Shown here: piece by piece, positions 46,955 through 54,763 of the stretch
How positions within the stretch are numbered: position 1 is the first letter of the stretch
How the letters are laid out: each line of letters begins with the position of its first letter
IMG/VR virus record: IMGVR_UViG_3300012665_001166
Coordinates: 1-56,488 of that record
Origin: a virus
Taxonomy: Duplodnaviria; Caudoviricetes
Length of the DNA stretch: 56,488 nt
Direction: 5' to 3' (one strand)
The notes under the pieces: generated by a model
What the model was told of the DNA's origin: nothing
The model's input: only the letters and a program-made list of their open reading frames with translations
The model's database searches: none
Made by a program: the position numbers and the translations under genes

Positions 46955-49708
46955 ATGGACTATATTGTTGTTGGAACTAGTCGGTGTGAATACCAAGCAT
47001 GGCAGATAAAGTTACTACACTGGTCATTAAAAAAAGTAAATCAAAAAGGTAAATTAGTAGTTTTACTTTCCGGAGATTACGGACATAGAGACGAAACACC
47101 TGATTTTAGTTTTTTATCAGACGCAATAGTAATAGATCAACCAGATTATGCACACTTGTGGCAAGTAGCTAACAACGATTGGTGGGGTGGTATTCCTAAT
47201 AAGTATAGATCTGTAGAATGGTTATGTGAAAATAACTACTTCAAAGAAGAAGATAAGCTTCTATTCTTAGATCCTGATATGGTGTTTACTAAATCAGTAG
47301 ATTTTGATTTAGAAGATGATCATATAATTGGGCAAGACTTTATACATTACATGCCACTTAATGGATGGGAAGATCGAGATAAAGATCCTCTCAATACTAA
47401 AGGAATAATGTACCCTTTTGCTTTGAAATTTAAGACTTTAAAAAAGTTTTATAAGAAGTATACAGAATACTGTGAACAGATCCGTAAAAAAGAAGGTAGA
47501 TGGGAAGCCGAGATGTGGGGATTAGATTATGCTATAAAGGACTCTAATATTAAAGTAGAACTTGTACAGGATATCGGCACCTGTACAGCATGGAATGACC
47601 GCGAAAGAAATATACTAGGAAGTATTATGCATTACCCTAATGTAATACCGGATAAAGAAGGTAATACGTTATTTTTTAAACAAGATCATACTTTCGATCA
47701 AAAAAAGAAGTACGATTTATCTCAAACAACTAGCGAAGCAGGAAATAAAATGGTTACTGGAGTTGATCAATTTAGAACAGATTATGTTTACTATACAAAA
47801 TGGAATTTTGAAAGCATTTTTAAATTCTACGACGGTAGTAAAGGTTATATAGTTTTTAGACCCTGGCCAGGAGGTTTTAATAATATAAGAATGTCATTAG
47901 AGCTAGCAGTTTGTATAGCTTACTTAACAAACCGAAAATTAGTATTAACACCAGAGTATAAAATGTATCTCTTAGAAGGACACTCTAGTATGGAGTCGTT
48001 TTTTGATACCTCTAACCTAGGAGTAATCTCTATTCCGTTTGATAATTTCTGTAAAGAGAAAGGATTAGATGCTAATTACGAAAGTGTAAAAGCAGTATCT
48101 AAAGTACTAGACTACGACGCAGTAAGACATGTAATAAACTTTGAAAAAGTTCCAGTTCCTACTAAGTTTTCAAAACATCGCCCAGTACTTAACAAAGAAG
48201 ACCTTTATACAGGTGAGGAATACTTATTCTTAGAGTCGAATTTACTAGGAGTAACACATCAGACTTTATTTACTAGTTTAGATGTAGAAATTAAAAAACT
48301 TATTGCAAAATATGTACACTATCGAACAGATATTTTTGACTTAGCTTGGCAGTTTATTAATAAATTAGGTGATAAGGAGTATTATTCTATTCATATTAGA
48401 CGAAATGATTTCCAATATAAGGAGTTGTTTATTCCTTGCGAACAGATACTAGAAAATATAAAAGATGTAATTCCGCAAGGAAGTAAGCTGTATATAGCAA
48501 CAGATCATAGAGATCGAGAATTTTTTAAACCATTATCTGAATACTATCAGACATTTTTTTACGAAGATGTAAAAAAAGAAGTAGCTATTTTTACCGAGTT
48601 TGATAATAACTGGATTCCAATTATAGAACAGTTTATATGTACTAGAGGTATTAAGTTTATAGGTAATAGTCATTCAACATTATCTTCTTACATTTACCGA
48701 ATGAGAGGATATATGTCAGATATTGAGGATAAAAATTACTACCTTAATACAGAAACATTTGATCAACATAAACAAATACCTTTTACAGCTGATACACAGT
48801 TTAAAGGGAACTGGTTTAGAGAATATAATGATAGTTGGAGTTTTGGCAACGGAAGTATATTTGTATCAATTGCAAGTTATTGTGATTCTCAGATCATAGA
48901 CACATTAAAAAGCCTATACTCAGAAGCTATAGACCCTAGTAGAGTACACGTAGGAGTTAATCTACAAGATACAGAGGAAGCATACGAAAAGCTAAAGCAA
49001 CTTAACTTTCCAAATTTAAAGATAATATTTACACCTAAAGAAGAAGCAAAAGGTGTTGTATATGCTAGAAATAGAATAAAAAATGAGCTCGTAGGAAATG
49101 AAGATTATTTCTTACAGATAGATTCACATAGTAGATTTAGACAAGCTTGGGATGCAATTTTAATAAATCAGTATAATAGTATAGAAGAAGGTAAGGTAAT
49201 ATTAACCACATATCCTAATCATTTTGACGTCCCAGATTATGAAAAAAAGTATTTAGATAAATCAAATAATACCCCATTACGTATTAGAAGGTTTTTGCAA
49301 GAATCGAGTAACAACGACAACAGGCATATAGCTGAAAATTTACCTACGTTAGAAGACTATAAGGTAGCAGAGACTAGATGGGCTGCTGCAGGATTTTTAT
49401 TTACTAGAAGAGAATGGTTGGAGGAAGTAAAGATACCGAATAATATAAGATTTAACGGAGAAGAAGATTTTCAAACATTTCTCAGTTACTTAAAAGGCTG
49501 GAACTTACGAATTACATCTTTAGCAACAGTGTGGCATAATTACGACTTTAAAACATCTGATACAGATGAACCGTATAGAGAACACAACACTAAGTACTTT
49601 ATAGACGATACAGCAATAGACTTAGTTAATGATTTTCTATTTAACCAAACCCACACACGAACATTAGATGATTTAGAAAGTTATTTTAATATAAAATTAA
49701 AAAGGTAA
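46955..49708 (+). CDS. Tri-domain glycosyltransferase: GT95/GT96-like + O-fucosyltransferase-like + GT60-like
   Basis: N: YQAWQIKLLHWS, PNK, LDPDMVF, WEAEMWG. Middle: GGFNNIRMSLE, HIRRNDF, LYIATD, IEQFIC...FIG..HSTLS. C: IFVSIASYCD, YFLQIDSHSRF..WD, AAGFLF, FNGEE. Confidence 0.78.
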   Translation: MDYIVVGTSRCEYQAWQIKLLHWSLKKVNQKGKLVVLLSGDYGHRDETPDFSFLSDAIVIDQPDYAHLWQVANNDWWGGIPNKYRSVEWLCENNYFKEEDKLLFLDPDMVFTKSVDFDLEDDHIIGQDFIHYMPLNGWEDRDKDPLNTKGIMYPFALKFKTLKKFYKKYTEYCEQIRKKEGRWEAEMWGLDYAIKDSNIKVELVQDIGTCTAWNDRERNILGSIMHYPNVIPDKEGNTLFFKQDHTFDQKKKYDLSQTTSEAGNKMVTGVDQFRTDYVYYTKWNFESIFKFYDGSKGYIVFRPWPGGFNNIRMSLELAVCIAYLTNRKLVLTPEYKMYLLEGHSSMESFFDTSNLGVISIPFDNFCKEKGLDANYESVKAVSKVLDYDAVRHVINFEKVPVPTKFSKHRPVLNKEDLYTGEEYLFLESNLLGVTHQTLFTSLDVEIKKLIAKYVHYRTDIFDLAWQFINKLGDKEYYSIHIRRNDFQYKELFIPCEQILENIKDVIPQGSKLYIATDHRDREFFKPLSEYYQTFFYEDVKKEVAIFTEFDNNWIPIIEQFICTRGIKFIGNSHSTLSSYIYRMRGYMSDIEDKNYYLNTETFDQHKQIPFTADTQFKGNWFREYNDSWSFGNGSIFVSIASYCDSQIIDTLKSLYSEAIDPSRVHVGVNLQDTEEAYEKLKQLNFPNLKIIFTPKEEAKGVVYARNRIKNELVGNEDYFLQIDSHSRFRQAWDAILINQYNSIEEGKVILTTYPNHFDVPDYEKKYLDKSNNTPLRIRRFLQESSNNDNRHIAENLPTLEDYKVAETRWAAAGFLFTRREWLEEVKIPNNIRFNGEEDFQTFLSYLKGWNLRITSLATVWHNYDFKTSDTDEPYREHNTKYFIDDTAIDLVNDFLFNQTHTRTLDDLESYFNIKLKR

Positions 49709-49709
49709 T

Positions 49710-51257
49710 ATGTTTAATTTAGGTTTTTTTGGATCACATAACGGTAGTTTAGCTATCTCTTTTAAAGGAGAGGTTCTAGAAGTAGTGGAACTTGAACGTT
49801 TGATTAACGTAAAGAATGCTGCTTTCTTTTACTGGGGACATCATGATAATATAGTAGAACTATTAACGGAAATTAAAGACTACTTTAAAACAAAATACGG
49901 AGTAGAAAAATACGATAACGTAATATACAACTCAGTAGATAAAGAGATGTGGAAAATATTCCCAGCTAACAATTACCAGTGGGTACCTCATCATGAAGCT
50001 CATGCTTATTCCGGACTATACCAATCTAACTACGACAAGGCTTTGATTATATCTTTCGACGGAGGTAGTGATGAAGGTTTTTTTAATATCTACTTAGGAG
50101 ATAAAAACAGCGATATACCTGTAGATAAAATTTATGTAGGTAAAAAAGACTATGCAGTTTCTTATATGATGCCTGCTCACTTTATCTCAGATATAAAACA
50201 AGAATGGATATACACAGGTAATTTAGTATACGCCGGAAAGCTAATGGGATTAGCCGGCTTTGGAAAAGTAGATCATAACCTTATTCAATCTTTCAGAGAT
50301 TTTTACTCTTCCAACACAACAGACAACATAAGTGAGGCATTAACTCGCTTTATGAAGATATTCAATATAGAATCGGAACAGACACGATTTGAAGGTACCT
50401 ATGCAGTTAACTTAGCCGCTACTAATCAGTATGTTTTTGAGCAGTTATTTGAAGAAGAAACAAGAAACATCTTAGAACTTCACAATAATCTTCCGCTTAT
50501 TATTACTGGCGGATGCGGATTAAACATACTACTAAATACTAAGTTAGCAAAACAAAGAGAAACTTTCGTTACTCCTAACCCAAACGATACAGGCTTAGCA
50601 GTAGGGTTAGTTTGTAGTAAAATAAAACCATATACTCCGGTAGACACAACCTACATAGGCCCAGAAGTATGGGATAGAAAGTTACTACCTAAAGTATTAC
50701 ACGATAGAAAAGGTATTAAGATAGAAATAAAAGAGGTAGTACAAAAGCTAATAGATGGTGAAATTATAGGAGTAGTAAGAGGTAAGTCTGAACACGGACC
50801 AAGAGCTTTAGGAAATAGAAGTATTATATGTGACCCAACAATTGGAGAAATGAAAGATACTTTGAATGCTAAAGTGAAAGGAAGAGAGTATTATAGACCT
50901 TTCGCACCGGTAGTTAGGTTAGAAGATATTAATAAGTATTTTAACTGGGATAAAGAGTCTAGATGGATGTCTTTCTGCCCTGAAGTTAGAGAAGAATACA
51001 AAGGTATATTAAAAGCTATCACCCACGTAGACGGAACCGCTAGAGTACAGACAGTTACAAGAGAACAAAATGAATTCCTTTACGACTTATTAACAGAAAT
51101 GCATAATCAAAAAGGTATTGGAGTAATTTTAAATACATCTTTTAATATAGCAGGAAAGCCTATACTGAATACATATGAAGATGCCCTTTGGGTATTAGAT
51201 AATAAACAAATGGATGGTGTCTTATTAGAAAACTACTATATTAAGAAGAATGGATAA
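49710..51257 (+). CDS. O-carbamoyltransferase (NodU/CmcH/TobZ family), copy 1
   Basis: HHEAHA, DGG, GKLMGLA, EHGPRALGNRSI, REYYRPFAP, HVDGTARVQTV and LNTSFN motifs. Confidence 0.93.
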   Translation: MFNLGFFGSHNGSLAISFKGEVLEVVELERLINVKNAAFFYWGHHDNIVELLTEIKDYFKTKYGVEKYDNVIYNSVDKEMWKIFPANNYQWVPHHEAHAYSGLYQSNYDKALIISFDGGSDEGFFNIYLGDKNSDIPVDKIYVGKKDYAVSYMMPAHFISDIKQEWIYTGNLVYAGKLMGLAGFGKVDHNLIQSFRDFYSSNTTDNISEALTRFMKIFNIESEQTRFEGTYAVNLAATNQYVFEQLFEEETRNILELHNNLPLIITGGCGLNILLNTKLAKQRETFVTPNPNDTGLAVGLVCSKIKPYTPVDTTYIGPEVWDRKLLPKVLHDRKGIKIEIKEVVQKLIDGEIIGVVRGKSEHGPRALGNRSIICDPTIGEMKDTLNAKVKGREYYRPFAPVVRLEDINKYFNWDKESRWMSFCPEVREEYKGILKAITHVDGTARVQTVTREQNEFLYDLLTEMHNQKGIGVILNTSFNIAGKPILNTYEDALWVLDNKQMDGVLLENYYIKKNG

Positions 51258-52155
51258 TACAATTTTTATATCTATTGCTAGTTTTATAGACACAGACTTA
51301 AGAAACACTATACTAAGCTGTATCAACCAAGCTAAACACCCAGAAAAACTTTCTTTTGGGGTTGTATTACAGTACAACAACGAAGAGAGCACTAACGAAA
51401 CTTGTATAGATGATTTAATTAATAAGTACAATATTAGAATAAAGAAATACTGGTTTGAAGAATCTAAAGGAGGATGTTGGGCTAGAAATCAGGTAACTAC
51501 TTTATACCAAAATGAAGACTACATACTTCAGTTAGATGCACATATCAGGATGGTTAAAAACTGGGATGTACTTTTGGTTAAAGAGTATTTAGAATTAAAA
51601 AAAACTGTTAATAAACCGCTACTTTCTTACTTATCACCATCATTTTTTAGAAATGAAGAGTTAGGGTTAGACTACAACTTTAGACATATAGATGATCCAT
51701 ACATTATAAATGTACCTACAATAAAGTCTATTACCGCTGATTACTGGCCTGTGTTTGGAGGGTATGAAGACGAAGCCCATACAAATAAAAAACCTAATAA
51801 TGTATCTTTACTTTACGCCGGTTTTGTATTTACTCAAGGAAGCTGGTTGTTAGAAGTAAAAAATGACCCAGAACACTACTACACAGGAGAAGAATTTGCT
51901 TTATCAATACGATCATTCACTCACGGGTATAATATTTATATACCGAGTCAGATAATGTCTTGGCATTTATCTAGATCTAATCATATACATCATTTCAAAG
52001 TACTAGATGGTAATAAAAACCATATCAAGGCAATGGAACGACTTTATAAACTTATATTTGGAGGAGATTTAGATGAATACGGATTAGGGACTGAGAGAAC
52101 ATTACAGCAATATGAAGAATTTGCAAAAATTAATATAAAAGAAAGAAAAATATGA
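51250..52155 (+). CDS. GT60-like GlcNAc transferase (Gnt1-type), stand-alone
   Basis: IFISIASFID, SKGGCWARN, YILQLDAHIR..NWD, YAGFVF, YYTGEE and YGLGTERTL motifs. Confidence 0.82.
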   Translation: MDNTIFISIASFIDTDLRNTILSCINQAKHPEKLSFGVVLQYNNEESTNETCIDDLINKYNIRIKKYWFEESKGGCWARNQVTTLYQNEDYILQLDAHIRMVKNWDVLLVKEYLELKKTVNKPLLSYLSPSFFRNEELGLDYNFRHIDDPYIINVPTIKSITADYWPVFGGYEDEAHTNKKPNNVSLLYAGFVFTQGSWLLEVKNDPEHYYTGEEFALSIRSFTHGYNIYIPSQIMSWHLSRSNHIHHFKVLDGNKNHIKAMERLYKLIFGGDLDEYGLGTERTLQQYEEFAKINIKERKI

Positions 52156-53723
52156 ACATACTAAGTGTGTTTTTAGGACACAACGCATCAATGACCATTT
52201 CAAAAGATGGAGAGATATTAGAAGTCCTAGAATTTGAAAGACTAACTAATGTTAAAAACGGCGGTTGTTTAGCTCAAGTAGGAGTTAAAGATCCTAAAGT
52301 TATTATGACATTAATTAAGGATCACCTAATGGGAAAATTTGGGGTAAAGCATTTTGATTTACTACTTCTTAACCAGATAGATCTTTCTTTTTTAAGAAAA
52401 CAACATTTCACTACAGATACAGAATTATTAAAATTTTTTAATGCAGAAAGGTATGAATTAGTTAATCATCAACATGGACATATGGCTTGCGCTTTCTACC
52501 AATCTTCGTATAATAGTATAAGAGGATGTAGCTTTGATGGCGGCGGTAATGATGGTAATTTTAACATATTCGACTGTTCTAGAGAAAGCGGAATTAGACA
52601 GATAGCACAGATACCTAACCATACTTTAGGAATGAGATTAGCAGAACTAGGTCAGTATACCAAGTCGCTAAGAAGAGAAAGAGACTTTTGGACAGACGGA
52701 GGTTTAGTATACCCCGGTAAACTTATGGGACTATCCTCATACGGTAAAGTAGTAGATGAATGGCTTCCAGCATTTGAAGAATTCTACTCAGGAGTTTATC
52801 ACTCCAGTGATCTACACGCAAACTACAAAAGACTAAAAGAAAAATTAAATTTACCCGACGAATACGAAGGAGAACTAGAAGTTAATTTAGTAGCTACTTC
52901 ACAAAGAATGTTTGAAGAAAAGTTTGATAAATTAGTAAGACCTTATTTCGAAAATCAGAATTCATTTATAATCACCGGAGGGTCAGCTTTAAATATAATT
53001 AATAATCAACGTTTATCTAAAGAAAGACAAATATTCGTTCCACCTAATCCAAGTGACTGTGGTTTATCTTTAGGATTTATGTTAGATTACTTAAAACCTA
53101 AAACTGCATTTAACGGAACCTATATGGGACCTGAAGTTTGGGATAAATCAATGTTGACAGAGTATGTAGAAAAGTATAACGGTAAGAAGTATAGCTTTGA
53201 TGATATCATCCCAGACTTAATAGCAGGGAAAATTATAGGAGTAGTACGTAAAGGGTCAGAATTAGGACCAAGGGCATTAGGTAATAGAAGTATAATCTGT
53301 CATGCCGCTATACCAGGGATGAAAGATATCTTAAATGCAAAGGTTAAAAATAGAGAAGCATATAGACCATTTGCTCCTGTTTGCCGACTAGAAGATTCTT
53401 ATCAATATTTTGATATTAAGAACACAGACAATAAGTGGATGTCATTTTGCCCTGATGTAAGACCAGAATATAGAGGTATATTATCTTCAGCAACACATGT
53501 TGACGGAACCGCCCGACTACAAACAGTAACTCAGTCGCAAAATGACTGGTTATTTTACTTACTAACCAGATTTAAAGATTTTAATCCTCATCCGGTGTTA
53601 CTAAATACATCTTTTAACATAGCAGGTAAGCCAATATTAAACAGTTACCGAGATGCAATCTGGATGTTAGAAAATACTCAAATGGATGGATTAATATTAG
53701 AAGATTATTATATAAAAAAATAA
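52152..53723 (+). CDS. O-carbamoyltransferase, copy 2
   Basis: HQHGHM, DGGG, GKLMGLS, ELGPRALGNRSI, RPFAP, HVDGTARLQTV and LNTSFN motifs. Confidence 0.93.
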   Translation: MNILSVFLGHNASMTISKDGEILEVLEFERLTNVKNGGCLAQVGVKDPKVIMTLIKDHLMGKFGVKHFDLLLLNQIDLSFLRKQHFTTDTELLKFFNAERYELVNHQHGHMACAFYQSSYNSIRGCSFDGGGNDGNFNIFDCSRESGIRQIAQIPNHTLGMRLAELGQYTKSLRRERDFWTDGGLVYPGKLMGLSSYGKVVDEWLPAFEEFYSGVYHSSDLHANYKRLKEKLNLPDEYEGELEVNLVATSQRMFEEKFDKLVRPYFENQNSFIITGGSALNIINNQRLSKERQIFVPPNPSDCGLSLGFMLDYLKPKTAFNGTYMGPEVWDKSMLTEYVEKYNGKKYSFDDIIPDLIAGKIIGVVRKGSELGPRALGNRSIICHAAIPGMKDILNAKVKNREAYRPFAPVCRLEDSYQYFDIKNTDNKWMSFCPDVRPEYRGILSSATHVDGTARLQTVTQSQNDWLFYLLTRFKDFNPHPVLLNTSFNIAGKPILNSYRDAIWMLENTQMDGLILEDYYIKK

Positions 53724-53727
53724 ACAT

Positions 53728-54726
53728 ATGAAAACAGCATTAGTACTTGGTGCCGGTGGTTTTATCGGTTCACATTTAGTTACAAGATTAAAATCAGAAG
53801 GATATTGGGTAAGAGGTGTAGATATCAAGAAACCAGACTTCTCAGAATCAACAGCAGACGATTTCGTTATTGCAGATTTAAGAGATCCTTTAAAAACATC
53901 TTTGGTAATGTATTCACCTCAACAGGTATCTGCAGCTAGAGCAGGAATGACTCACAGTTTTGATGAAGTTTACCAATTAGCAGCTGATATGGGAGGAGCT
54001 GGTTATATTAACACAGGAGAACATGACGCTGATGTAGTTCATAACTCAATGTTAATAAATCTTAATGTATTAGACCAAGCTTACAAGAAAAACGTTAAAA
54101 AGATCTTCTATGCATCGTCTGCATGCGTATATAACGAACATAACCAGTTAGATCCTGAAAATCCTAACTGTAAAGAAGATTCAGTATACCCAGCTCAACC
54201 AGATTCAGAATACGGATGGGAAAAATTATTTTCAGAACGATTATATACAACTTATAACCGCAACCACGGTATAGATGTTCGAATTGCCCGTTTTCATAAT
54301 ATTTTTGGACCAGAAGGTACATTTGATGGTGGAAAAGAGAAAGCACCAGCAGCTATATGTCGTAAAGTTGCAAGCACACCGACAAACGGAGAAATAGAGG
54401 TATGGGGTGATGGATTACAGACTCGTTCATTCCTGTATATTGATGAAGCAATAGAAGGAGTTCGTCGTCTAATGAATTCAGACTATAAAGAACCAATTAA
54501 TATAGGATCAGAAGAGATTATCTCAATGAATGGGTTAGCTAACTTAGTATCTAAATTAGCAGGTAAGACTATTAATATTAAAAATATACCAGGTCCACAA
54601 GGAGTAAGAGGTAGGACATCAGACAACACTTTGATTAAAGAGAAGTTAGGTTGGGCACCAACACAACCATTACATATAGGTTTAACAGAAACTTATAAAT
54701 GGATAGCAAGTAAAATAGAGTCTTAA
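53728..54726 (+). CDS. NAD-dependent epimerase, GDP-mannose 3,5-epimerase-like
   Basis: GAGGFIG, LAADMGG.GYI, SSACVY, YGWEK, GGKEKAPAAICRK and GVRGR.SDN motifs. Confidence 0.85.
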   Translation: MKTALVLGAGGFIGSHLVTRLKSEGYWVRGVDIKKPDFSESTADDFVIADLRDPLKTSLVMYSPQQVSAARAGMTHSFDEVYQLAADMGGAGYINTGEHDADVVHNSMLINLNVLDQAYKKNVKKIFYASSACVYNEHNQLDPENPNCKEDSVYPAQPDSEYGWEKLFSERLYTTYNRNHGIDVRIARFHNIFGPEGTFDGGKEKAPAAICRKVASTPTNGEIEVWGDGLQTRSFLYIDEAIEGVRRLMNSDYKEPINIGSEEIISMNGLANLVSKLAGKTINIKNIPGPQGVRGRTSDNTLIKEKLGWAPTQPLHIGLTETYKWIASKIES

Positions 54727-54730
54727 TTGC

Positions 54731-54738
54731 TATTTATA
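54731..54738 (+). promoter_or_regulatory. TATTTATA motif before the Pro-rich gene
   Basis: Intergenic, 25 nt before the ATG at 54764. Confidence 0.55.
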
Positions 54739-54763
54739 AAATATAATTAATTAGTAGAGGTAG

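Noticed and set aside
45692-54726. Eukaryotic or giant-virus origin of the contig because of eukaryote-like enzymes
   Set aside because: Sheath, tube, tape measure, S74 fibre, gp32-like SSB and operon-style overlaps indicate a tailed bacteriophage, and composition looks continuous across the cluster.
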